Positions 51,306 through 60,081 of a stretch of DNA of 64,000 nt are shown here, one piece after another. The first letter of the stretch is position 1. Every line of letters starts with the position of its first letter. Both the position numbers and the translations under genes were made by a program. The notes beneath the pieces are model-generated. The model saw nothing but the letters and a program-made list of their open reading frames with translations. It ran no database searches and was not told the DNA's origin. Origin of the DNA: an uncultured cyanobacterium (GTDB lineage: Bacteria; Cyanobacteriota; Cyanobacteriia; Phormidesmidales; Phormidesmidaceae); contig CAWBZI010000007.1 of NCBI GenBank assembly GCA_963793265.1, positions 128,001 to 192,000 of the forward strand, read 5' to 3'.

Positions 51306-53071
51306 GGCTCTTACGCACTTTAGGTGATCCTTTCAAGTCACATGGAAAACAGACTGAAACCTCCTATCTCTGACGAATTCCATGGAACTCTTACAGCATC
51401 TACTTCCTAGCCAAACAGACATAGCTTTGAACCACTGGAACTTGAACGCAGCCACCGGGCAGATAGTCGTCCATCTGAGTTCAACGCAATCGGTGGCGCA
51501 ATGCCCACTTTGCCGTTGCGCTAGCCACCGCGTTCATAGCCACTACGAGCGCACCCTGAAGGACTTACCCTTAGCTCAATTCACGTTAGTGATACTGCTA
51601 GCGGTCAGCAAGTTTTTCTGCTTAAATGACAGCTGCCAACGCCGCATCTTCAGTGAACGTCTGCCGACTGTCGTTGCGCCTTGGGCGAGACGTACCGCTC
51701 GATATACTGAGAAGCTGAAAGCGATGGGATTGGCACTAGGGGGAGCAGCAGCGGCAAGATTAAGTTGCCACCTGAGCTATGGCTACAGCCGTGACGCAAT
51801 CCTGCGTTTGATTTCCACCTTACCGCTGCCAGTGATCGCCACCCCCCGCATCCTTGGCGTAGATGATTTTGCGCTCCGCAAAGGCCATGTCTACGGCACT
51901 ATCCTGGTTGACTTGGAAATCCGCCAACCGATTGCCCTGCTGCCAGACCGCACCGCTGAGACATTGGCAACGTGGCTCAAAGCGCATCCTGGCATCGAAA
52001 TCCTATCGCGTGACCGTTCCAAGACTTATAAACGCGGGATGAGCGAAGGCGCACCCGAGGCCACTCAAGTCGCGGATCGCTTCCATCTGTTGCACAACCT
52101 TGAGGAGACTCTAGAGAAAGTTTTCAAAAGCGAGTATTCAGCCCTGAAGGAAGTTGAACGAAGCCAGCTCGAAGCAGAGGCCGTATGCGTTTCTCAACCT
52201 TCTAATTTCATCATGGCTCGTCGAGAGAAACAAACGCAAAAGCGTGCCCAGCGCCTAGCGAATTATGAGCAGGTTCATGCTTTACGGGCGCAGGGACATC
52301 AGGTTAGTGACATCGCCTATCACCTCAGCATGGGTGAGCGCACTGTCTACACCTATTTGTCTCATTCGACCTTTCCAGAGTGGCAACCGACCGTCCATCA
52401 TCGTCGCCGCAAGAGCGAGCTAGATGACTACAAACCTTATCTCAAAGCGCAATGGCAGCAGGGGCATACAGTCACGAAAGAATTGTTTAAGGAAATTCAG
52501 CAGCAGGGCTATTCGGGCACCTACAAGAGCGTGACTTGCTACACGCGAAAGCTGCGCCAACAAAAGTGTGAGGCACTCAGTGAATTGCCGGGGCGAGGGC
52601 CTGCACCAAAAGTCAACGCTGCTGACAAAAAGCCTTTGAGTGCCTCGCGTGCAGCTTGGCTAATCATGCGCCGGGAGGAAACACTGACCACCGGGGAGAA
52701 GGCTATCATCGAACAACTGTCTCAGCATCCAAAGCTAGCAACACCTATCGCACTGACACGAGGTTTTCTATCACTGGTACGAGAGCGCTTACCTCAGCAG
52801 CTTGATAGCTGGTTAGAGCAGGCTAAGCATGGTGAAATACCTGCCTTTCAGAGTTTCTCGAAGGGAGTAGAAGAAGACTATGATGCGGTCAAAGCGGGTG
52901 TCACCTTAGAGGTCAGCAACGGGCAGGTAGAGGGTCAGAACAACCGCTTAAAGATGCTGAAACGACAGATGTTTGGACGCGCTGATCTCGATCTGCTCGC
53001 TAGGCGATTCATTCTGACTAGTTGATCTGTTTTTGGGTAAAAAGCTAGATCACCTAAAGTGCGTAAGAGCC
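51306..53071 (+). mobile_element. ISL3 family insertion sequence
   Basis: Perfect 24-bp IR GGCTCTTACGCACTTTAGGTGATC (51306-51329 / 53048-53071) around the transposase. Confidence 0.88.
51382..53025 (+). CDS. ISL3 family transposase
   Basis: Zn finger CPLC...CLNDSC; GVDDFALRKG, SRDR, ADRFHL, VEGQNNRLK. Confidence 0.93.
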   Translation: MELLQHLLPSQTDIALNHWNLNAATGQIVVHLSSTQSVAQCPLCRCASHRVHSHYERTLKDLPLAQFTLVILLAVSKFFCLNDSCQRRIFSERLPTVVAPWARRTARYTEKLKAMGLALGGAAAARLSCHLSYGYSRDAILRLISTLPLPVIATPRILGVDDFALRKGHVYGTILVDLEIRQPIALLPDRTAETLATWLKAHPGIEILSRDRSKTYKRGMSEGAPEATQVADRFHLLHNLEETLEKVFKSEYSALKEVERSQLEAEAVCVSQPSNFIMARREKQTQKRAQRLANYEQVHALRAQGHQVSDIAYHLSMGERTVYTYLSHSTFPEWQPTVHHRRRKSELDDYKPYLKAQWQQGHTVTKELFKEIQQQGYSGTYKSVTCYTRKLRQQKCEALSELPGRGPAPKVNAADKKPLSASRAAWLIMRREETLTTGEKAIIEQLSQHPKLATPIALTRGFLSLVRERLPQQLDSWLEQAKHGEIPAFQSFSKGVEEDYDAVKAGVTLEVSNGQVEGQNNRLKMLKRQMFGRADLDLLARRFILTS

Positions 53072-53092
53072 CGAAGTTAGTGTGATTTTGCA

Positions 53093-53176
53093 TGGCACCT
53101 GCTGAATAGCACTTTCAATACTATTGGCACAAGAAGCACAGCTCATATCTTTGAGTTTGAGGGTAGTTGCACTCAT
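53093..53176 (-). pseudogene. pacS: Copper ATPase 5' fragment (first 28 codons)
   Basis: MSATTLKLKDMSCASCANSIESAIQQVP; joins in frame to GVSSVQVNF once the insertion and one target copy are removed. Confidence 0.9.
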
Positions 53177-53203
53177 CGGATTCTCCCCTGAATGAATATC
53201 TAA

Positions 53204-53235
53204 AGAATAGATCCTCTAGTTGACTAGAGAGTCCA
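53204..53235 (-). promoter_or_regulatory. MerR/CueR-type promoter of pacS
   Basis: -35 TGGACT, 20-bp spacer containing the dyad CTCTAGT-CA-ACTAGAG, -10 TATTCT. Confidence 0.65.
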
Positions 53236-53405
53236 GGGGCGCTGAGTAAATGTTCATAAAGGAATAGTTGGTTTTATTCTTTGGCTATAGGCGGCTCATT
53301 TGCCATGGATATTGCAAAGTCAAGGATTCGTTGTCTAGCAGCCTCAAAGTCTTCACTGAAAGATATGTCTCTCTAAAACAGGATGTAAGACTCTTCAGTG
53401 ATACT

Positions 53406-53732
53406 TTAAGAAGCGTATGCAATATCCTGATGTTCAGATTGATAGGCTATTGCAATTCGATCAGGAGAAATGCCGGACTCTATCAAGTTTTGGGCTACGC
53501 CACATTCCATTCCGTCGTACTCAATCACAACTCTTTCGTCCTGTAGCGTGATATAGATAAGGTTTCCTCGAACCCGTCGCCCTCTATCCCACCCTACTTG
53601 CATCAGAGCATAATGTTTCTGCTCATCGTCGAAGACGGTATCCAAACGGATATCGCCATGAGACGGTTTCAACCGAGCATATTGGTTGATGATATCTTTT
53701 ACGATGTTTGAGAGCTGCGTGGTGGAATCCAT
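53406..53732 (-). CDS. xisI: XisI family protein
   Basis: FDDEQKHYALMQVGW, IEYDGMECGVAQNLIESGISPDRIAIAY. Confidence 0.85.
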   Translation of the reverse strand: MDSTTQLSNIVKDIINQYARLKPSHGDIRLDTVFDDEQKHYALMQVGWDRGRRVRGNLIYITLQDERVVIEYDGMECGVAQNLIESGISPDRIAIAYQSEHQDIAYAS

Positions 53733-54166
53733 TGCTGAACCTCTACAGTTTTTCGATTAACGACAATCAAATTTAGCGGTAGCTCGCTAATAACGAGTTC
53801 TCCGATTGGTTCACTCAGAATTTGATCATAGTCTAAATCGTTGACTGCGAGATAAAGACGCCGACTTGGATCAATTTGGTCGAGCAATAGGCGATAGAGT
53901 ACATACTGACCAATGGCTTGCTCTAGAGACGCGACTGCTGACTGACCTCGAAATTCTTTGATTTCTACGGCAATTCTTTGACTGTTCTTAGCAGCGCCAA
54001 TAAAACGACCTTGCAAGCTGTTGGGCCTTTCCTTCGCAGTAGCAGCCAAATCAACGAACAAAAACCTTTCACCGTACGATATGACGTAGGGATCGTCTGT
54101 AATTTGCCATCCATCTTTGACTAAAGCCTGTTTAACTAGGTCGTGAATGGCATCTCTTCTTGGCAT
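53699..54166 (-). CDS. xisH: XisH family protein (PD-(D/E)XK fold)
   Basis: MPRRDAIHDLVKQALVKDGWQITDDP, IAVEIKEF, AIGQY, RRLYLAV. Confidence 0.88.
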   Translation of the reverse strand: MPRRDAIHDLVKQALVKDGWQITDDPYVISYGERFLFVDLAATAKERPNSLQGRFIGAAKNSQRIAVEIKEFRGQSAVASLEQAIGQYVLYRLLLDQIDPSRRLYLAVNDLDYDQILSEPIGELVISELPLNLIVVNRKTVEVQQWIPPRSSQTS

Positions 54167-54184
54167 TATGAAAAGATTTTAGGG

Positions 54185-54229
54185 AATGGACGTACGCCGA
54201 CTCGAACGGCGAACCTCATCGATGTCAAC
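54185..54229 (-). repeat. att site: duplicated 3' half of tRNA-Val(GAC)
   Basis: 45-bp copy of 63317-63361 with one mismatch, extending through the anticodon loop. Confidence 0.93.
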
Positions 54230-54388
54230 AAGGCTTTCTAGGCTCTGAAACCTAATCACACCAGAGGATTCAGAGGCCATCTTTTTTCTTGCACCAATTT
54301 TGCACCAATCTACATCATATGGCCTGTCACACATTTGGGTATCAATCACTATGCATTAGCCACGGTATAGAAAGCTTTGTTAAAGCGA

Positions 54389-54694
54389 TTAAACCGGCTG
54401 CTCTTGCTTAACAGTGACAGATAGCTTCAACCCTAGTTCATTCAGTAAGGTCAGAAGTGTAGGCAGTGCTGGCATTTCTGCTTGCTTTAACGACTGGTAA
54501 CATTCCTCCCAATCGGCATTGATTTTATGAGTGCCATCAGGTAACGTCCTACGAGCCTCGGCAACATTTCTGAGCGCCAGTGACACTTCTTCTGGATTGC
54601 CATCTTCAAAGACGGCATCTAGATAAGCGGCGGCTTCTTCTTTATCTTTTAGCGACTCAATTAGGTATGAGTGATAGCTTTTAGAGGTTTGCAT
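54389..54694 (-). CDS. Addiction-module antitoxin (HI1420/HigA-like)
   Basis: YHSYLIESLKDKEEAAAYLDAVFEDG..LALRNVAEA; PALPTLLTLLNELGLKLSV. Confidence 0.8.
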   Translation of the reverse strand: MQTSKSYHSYLIESLKDKEEAAAYLDAVFEDGNPEEVSLALRNVAEARRTLPDGTHKINADWEECYQSLKQAEMPALPTLLTLLNELGLKLSVTVKQEQPV

Positions 54695-54698
54695 CGTC

Positions 54699-55037
54699 TT
54701 AATTTTGAACTGACTTTTGAAAAGCCATCCAGTACTGCTGTGCTCTAAGGATATCTCTATTCTGAGTCTTTTTGTCTCCGCCACACAACAAAAGGATAAT
54801 ATGCTGCCCTGTTTGAGCAAAATAAATTCTGTACCCTGGGCCGTAGTTGACTCTAAGTTCCAAGACACCTTTTCCAACGGCCTTGAAATCACCCATATTA
54901 CCGAGTTCAAGCCTGTCCAAACGCTGCTTGATCTTGGCTTTTGCTTGCCGGTCTTTCAAACCTTCTAACCAATGCACAAATGGACAGCTTCCATCTGGCA
55001 GTAGGTACAAGCTAATTTCCTTTGGTGACGCATCCAT
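54699..55037 (-). CDS. RelE/ParE-family addiction-module killer toxin
   Basis: RLELGNMGDFKAVGKGVLELRVNYGPGYRIYF, LLLCGGDKKTQ. Confidence 0.9.
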   Translation of the reverse strand: MDASPKEISLYLLPDGSCPFVHWLEGLKDRQAKAKIKQRLDRLELGNMGDFKAVGKGVLELRVNYGPGYRIYFAQTGQHIILLLCGGDKKTQNRDILRAQQYWMAFQKSVQN

Positions 55038-55138
55038 CAATGACCTTTCGTCCTAGTAAAGATGAGGTAATAATACCGTCTCAACTAATTTACATCATAT
55101 AGTGTAAACTTTGATCGATGTAACTTGTTTGCTCATTG

Positions 55139-56644
55139 ATGCAATTTGACCGTGTCCGTCAATGGAATGGATCTGCTCAAGCGCTGACTGAAGAAATTCA
55201 GTATCAGCTCGGTTCGTTGAGCATTCCAATAGAGCCGCCTGCACTGCGAACGATTCGACTTTGGCGGTCTAAGAAGCTGCTCTCTCAGCCGAAGGGCAAG
55301 AAGTTTGGGTTTCGCCAAATCTTAGAAGGCTTGGCTACGGTATTGCTATTAAAAAGGGGCTGGACGCTATCGGCAATTGGGCAGGTCTTACCGAATTTTT
55401 CTGATGCTGATATCGAGAGGCAAATTCTGGCTGAGTCGGAAAATAGAGATCCTAATTGGTCAGCTGTGATCGCACAAAGCCCTACATTCGCAACCAGTTT
55501 GCGGAGCATTGCAGACATCGCAGAAGATGCAGTCGTTTTACTCGCTCAGGGCATTTTGAAACAGTACACGCGTGTTCTTAATCAAGAAATCGTACGGCAA
55601 GACGACCGTATCCCCTCCGAACTCTACAGGGCGATGTGTAAACTAGGTCGTCTATATATTGAGGAAGGATTACCCGATAAAGCCGCTTGTGTTCATACCG
55701 TACTCAATCACGCTCGACACAGTTTTAATTCAGAGATTTGGCAGTTAAAGGTCTTTAGCCAAGATGATTTTCGGTTTTCGGAGGTTGTTCTCATTGAGCC
55801 TGATTTATATGTACCTACGTCAGACTGTACTGAAATTGCTCAGGCTAATGGCGGCTGGGGAGAAGATAACGTCGTTGAGTATCGCTTATATCAAAGACTA
55901 AAAGCATCTACAGAAGAACTGGGCGCACGTAGGCAGCATCTTGGATACACTGCACTACGAGAACTCGCTGTCCGGCATTCTCTCATCACCGAAAAGGCAC
56001 TGTGGGAATATCTCGAAGATCATCAGTTGACGCCTCTTCAGGAGATGATTATTGGTACCTTCTTCGATCGAGTTCCAGAGAGCTGGCTAATCGAGGGAAA
56101 GGCAAATCGGTGTGCTCACTGTGGGACGTTGATGCATCCGCATCCCAACCGTAAACAATTTTCAAAAGGGCGGTGCCCTATCAGACAATGCAATAGTTGC
56201 TATCCACCCAAAGTCAGTGAGGCGATAGATCCAAGGCACCATCGTCTACTCATTGCGAAGCCTCAGATTTTGACCTATTGGACAGGCCCAGGCATTGATG
56301 AGCTTGCCATTTTCGATGCTGCGAAGAACCAAGGGCTGAAGGCTGAACTGTATCCCGAATCGGATTTGTGTGATGTGTCACTCGATGACTATGCAATTGG
56401 AATAGATGCAAAATCATATATCAGTCCAGTTTCGCTAGCGTTACGACTCAATCAGAGTATCGGTGGTCTTGGTTATTACCGTCGTCGCATTATTGCCATC
56501 AGCGATCAGCTTATTGCAGATAATCCAAGCTATTTATCAACTTTGCAGTCAACACTCTCAAAAAAAGGCGATCTAGAAACGCTGGAAGTCTTTTCTGTGT
56601 CTGCTGTGCTGAAGCTTTTGAAGGAGGTTGCTTATGCGAGTTAA
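55139..56644 (+). CDS. pPIWI_RE-associated restriction-endonuclease-fold protein with N-terminal MerR-like HTH and Zn ribbon
   Basis: LRTIRLWRSKKLLSQP HTH; CAHCG...CPIRQC; YW..PGIDEL, LYPESDLCDV...IGIDAKSY PD-(D/E)XK-type motif; first of three coupled genes. Confidence 0.75.
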   Translation: MQFDRVRQWNGSAQALTEEIQYQLGSLSIPIEPPALRTIRLWRSKKLLSQPKGKKFGFRQILEGLATVLLLKRGWTLSAIGQVLPNFSDADIERQILAESENRDPNWSAVIAQSPTFATSLRSIADIAEDAVVLLAQGILKQYTRVLNQEIVRQDDRIPSELYRAMCKLGRLYIEEGLPDKAACVHTVLNHARHSFNSEIWQLKVFSQDDFRFSEVVLIEPDLYVPTSDCTEIAQANGGWGEDNVVEYRLYQRLKASTEELGARRQHLGYTALRELAVRHSLITEKALWEYLEDHQLTPLQEMIIGTFFDRVPESWLIEGKANRCAHCGTLMHPHPNRKQFSKGRCPIRQCNSCYPPKVSEAIDPRHHRLLIAKPQILTYWTGPGIDELAIFDAAKNQGLKAELYPESDLCDVSLDDYAIGIDAKSYISPVSLALRLNQSIGGLGYYRRRIIAISDQLIADNPSYLSTLQSTLSKKGDLETLEVFSVSAVLKLLKEVAYAS

Positions 56645-59600
56645 GCCTGACTTTTGGAAAGGGCCGGATCAAATTTGCTGGCTTTGTGTCTTGATGGAGT
56701 TTTTTGTAGGAAGCCAGTCTTTAGAACATGCGCCTGCTGTAATGTCTGGGATGGAAAGTGTTTTGAATGCACCTGCGCTCGCGGATGCACGTCAGGCTGT
56801 TTTTAATTTGAGGCAGATGTCTTTAGCTTATGCGACACAGCGCTCAGTTGATCATGCGATCGCAGTCTATAACAACCATCACTATGTGAAAGGCACACAA
56901 GGCGTTTATAGAATTGATGCTAAGCAGCTAACTTTTGAAAGAACAGACCCTTTGGAAAACTCTTTAATTACGCAGGCCAAGGAACTTCTGCGATCTCCAA
57001 TTGCCTACCAGCCCAATACGGCTAAAGTTGCTGAGGCAAATCAAGGAATGAGTATTGCACTAGGGGCAGAAGCTACGTCCACAAGAATTCCAATTCCACC
57101 GATTGAAGTAGAAATCGCGCCAAGGCATTACCATTCGCTGAACCGACAGCCTTTAGGGGATATTCAGATTCCCCTAAAGGCATTAAAGTTGCTTGCCGTT
57201 GAGATGGATAAAAGGGAGTTGAAATATCCTGAACGGCGTCCTGGCCAATGGGCCAGTCGGTTAGACAGGTTTATGCTGACGGTGCCTACAGAAGTAGGTT
57301 TGCAATCAATAGACATCCTAAACTTGTCGGGCATAAAGCACCTGATCGGATTACCAGGCTCAGGAAAGACAACAATTCTCATTCTTGTAGCCGTATGGCT
57401 AGGGCGGAAAGATTACAAAGCAATGTTTGTTTTTCCCTCTATTGAAGTTGCCCGTCAATATATGGATGTTTTGCAGTTCCATACGGTTAAAGTCGGTATG
57501 TTGGTAGGGCAAAGCGATGAAACGCGCAGGCGACATGCTGATAATTTGGCAGAGGCGATCGCAGCAGCACATCCCAACAAAGGATTTGCTCACACGCTAG
57601 GCGTTGCCGATATTTTTAGCCTTAACTGTGTGCTACCGGCTTTTTCTAATGCAGACACCTCAATGTGGGGATTTGGCTACGCACCTTGCAATGCTGTTTT
57701 GCAAAGTGGTGCAAAAGGAAAGTTAAAACAGTGTCTTTGTCCACTTTGGACAATGTGTGGGCGTAATAAATCCGTACGAGAGCTGACAGATGCCAACATT
57801 TGGGTTGGCCATATTCGCTCTATGGATACGAAAGTCTCACCTCATGCCATCCAAGCTCAAATTCGATATTTTGAACTGATTGCCCGCACCTTTGATGTGG
57901 TGGTATTTGACGAGGCTGACATGGTGCAATCAGATTTAGATACCTACGGTGCCGCAACACTAAGTATTTCAGGATCGGAGAAATCTATTCACCGCACTAT
58001 TCAAGAACAAATTCACAATCGCTTTGCAGGCGAAGACAACCACCGATTAGCGGATCCTGATGTCGGAGCCTTTAGTCGGCACCTGGCGGAATTTGGAAAT
58101 CACAATAATGCGCTTGTCACTACGGTTCAAAATCTGAATGAATCTTATGTTGGAGAAAAATATGAGAACCAGCTACTCACCGTACTCAAAATTGTCAGTG
58201 ACCTGCTCAATGAGAATAATCAGCACTCAGATAAAGTAACTTCACATCAGGAAGAAGCTGATAAGGCGAAAATCTCTAGGCTAAAGATTGATCGCAGCCG
58301 AGCCTTGACAGATTTTTGGGAGACTGCTGCGTATGAGGCTTTTTACAACCGGACGAGTAGCAGTGTAGAAGAGTGGAAAAACTTGGCCTTTAATGCCACT
58401 ACTCTGGAAATTTCGGAAAAAGACTTGGAAAGGAAACGGAATAAGCTGATTCAGCACTTTCGGCGCTATCTGGCAGAAGATTTAGCCCAGCCAAGAGATG
58501 ATATAGCCCTAAAAATCTCTCGTTTCTACTTATCACTCTGCTTCCCTGAACACTCACCAACAGGAGAAAAGTCTGATGCTATCAAACTACTTATTGCCAT
58601 AACATTCGTTATTCTTGGCTATCAGCGCATTATTCCAGGAACCAGGGCGCTCGTTGCGGAAGGTCTTATTCGAGATCCTATTATTCAATCTACGGCTTCT
58701 AGGTCGCTACGGCGAATGATTCCTAGTAGCCTGCTCGGTTCACTCTCTGGCGTAAAATATACCTTTTCCAAGGCCCAAACAACCCGTAAAAACGCTAAGA
58801 ATGTAGAAATATCTTACATAGCATTTGTCGGAGCCCCCCGAATGCTGATGTACCGATTCCATCAGTTACTATCAGCAGACAATAACCATCCTGGGCCGGT
58901 AACCCTACTGACGTCTGCAACATCATTTTTGGAAGCTAGCCCCGCCTACAACGTCAATATCAAACCAGACTATCTACTCAAGCCCCGCGAGTCTTTGCAA
59001 AAAACAGAACCTAGTCGATATGAATTCAAGTGGCAGGCAGACAGCGAATGGAAAGGTCAGCCACTACGCTATAGCGGGGCTGGAGAGTACAGAGAGCGCA
59101 ATCTGAGAAAAATGGTGGAAGAACTGGTTAAAGGTGGAACTAGGGAAGGGGACAGCAGGCAATCTGAGATCTATAAATCTATCAATAACTTTGATGTTCG
59201 CGACGGGCAAAAGCGAAAAGCCGCGCTCATTGTAAACAGCTATGAGCAAGCGAGAATGATTAAAACATTTTTGAACAGATATTATCCAGAGACGGGACGC
59301 CGGACTAAAGCAGTTGTTCGATTCCTGAAAGATGGAGAGAAATCTGATGACTATGTAACCACAGGTCAATGCGAGTCTTTAGGTGATGACGATGCTTGCG
59401 ATATTATTATTTTTCCAATGTTAGCGATTGGGCGAGGGGTAAATATTGTGTTTACCCAAGGACCTCGGACACTGGATGCCGCCATTGGCTCTCTCTATTT
59501 TTTGACTAGGCCGCATCCTACCAGTGATGACATGCAGCTGTTGTATAGCTTAGCAGGACGGGCGACGCAGGCTTTTGATAATAAAGTGTTTGGGGAAGAA

Positions 59601-60071
59601 GATGTGGGTGTGATCGCCAAGTCTTGGCAGCAGGCTAGAAAAGACCTATGGAAAACAGCTAATCAGCTTCTACGTGAGCCTATTATGGCTAGTCGGCTAA
59701 GCCCTGAACTATTTAAAGCTTTCACCGCTAATCAAATGGTTGCCATTTTACAAACCATTGGTCGAGGGATGCGCAACGGTTGTCCGGTTGCCGTCTACTT
59801 TGTAGATGCTGCTTGGGCCATGAACTCTGCTGTGGGAAAAACCGACTCAGGCAGAGACAGCATGTTAGTTCAAATGCGCGTCATTTTAGAAGACTGTATG
59901 AATCATCCTGATCCGATTGATCGTTCAATTTATCAAGAACTCTATGGCGCTTTTTTAGAACCCTTAAGAAAAATCTCCGGCGTCAACTATCTCAGAGATC
60001 TACAGCATACTTCAGATGAAATATCTGAAACAGACGACTTCGATTCACATTCATATTTCTACGAACAGTAA
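56634..60071 (+). CDS. pPIWI_RE-associated DinG-like SF2 helicase
   Basis: AAGGAGG RBS; GLPGSGKTT, Cys cluster, VFDEAD, TSATS, IGRGVNI, QTIGRGMR. Confidence 0.8.
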   Translation: MRVKPDFWKGPDQICWLCVLMEFFVGSQSLEHAPAVMSGMESVLNAPALADARQAVFNLRQMSLAYATQRSVDHAIAVYNNHHYVKGTQGVYRIDAKQLTFERTDPLENSLITQAKELLRSPIAYQPNTAKVAEANQGMSIALGAEATSTRIPIPPIEVEIAPRHYHSLNRQPLGDIQIPLKALKLLAVEMDKRELKYPERRPGQWASRLDRFMLTVPTEVGLQSIDILNLSGIKHLIGLPGSGKTTILILVAVWLGRKDYKAMFVFPSIEVARQYMDVLQFHTVKVGMLVGQSDETRRRHADNLAEAIAAAHPNKGFAHTLGVADIFSLNCVLPAFSNADTSMWGFGYAPCNAVLQSGAKGKLKQCLCPLWTMCGRNKSVRELTDANIWVGHIRSMDTKVSPHAIQAQIRYFELIARTFDVVVFDEADMVQSDLDTYGAATLSISGSEKSIHRTIQEQIHNRFAGEDNHRLADPDVGAFSRHLAEFGNHNNALVTTVQNLNESYVGEKYENQLLTVLKIVSDLLNENNQHSDKVTSHQEEADKAKISRLKIDRSRALTDFWETAAYEAFYNRTSSSVEEWKNLAFNATTLEISEKDLERKRNKLIQHFRRYLAEDLAQPRDDIALKISRFYLSLCFPEHSPTGEKSDAIKLLIAITFVILGYQRIIPGTRALVAEGLIRDPIIQSTASRSLRRMIPSSLLGSLSGVKYTFSKAQTTRKNAKNVEISYIAFVGAPRMLMYRFHQLLSADNNHPGPVTLLTSATSFLEASPAYNVNIKPDYLLKPRESLQKTEPSRYEFKWQADSEWKGQPLRYSGAGEYRERNLRKMVEELVKGGTREGDSRQSEIYKSINNFDVRDGQKRKAALIVNSYEQARMIKTFLNRYYPETGRRTKAVVRFLKDGEKSDDYVTTGQCESLGDDDACDIIIFPMLAIGRGVNIVFTQGPRTLDAAIGSLYFLTRPHPTSDDMQLLYSLAGRATQAFDNKVFGEEDVGVIAKSWQQARKDLWKTANQLLREPIMASRLSPELFKAFTANQMVAILQTIGRGMRNGCPVAVYFVDAAWAMNSAVGKTDSGRDSMLVQMRVILEDCMNHPDPIDRSIYQELYGAFLEPLRKISGVNYLRDLQHTSDEISETDDFDSHSYFYEQ

Positions 60072-60081
60072 TCAATCATCC

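Larger units (their letters stand above)
51263..53092. mobile_element. Outer element with TG...CA inverted ends and 5-bp target duplication, containing an ISL3
   Basis: TGGCA duplicated at 51258-51262 and 53093-53097; left end TGCATATTCACATGACTTCGG; right end reverse complement TGCAAAATCACACTAACTTCGG. Confidence 0.85.

Noticed and set aside
54187..54229. Second tRNA gene
   Set aside because: Only the 3' half is present; it is an att duplication.
54389..54910. 173-aa version of the antitoxin ORF
   Set aside because: The extension overlaps the toxin gene; the ATG at 54694, just after the toxin stop, is more plausible.
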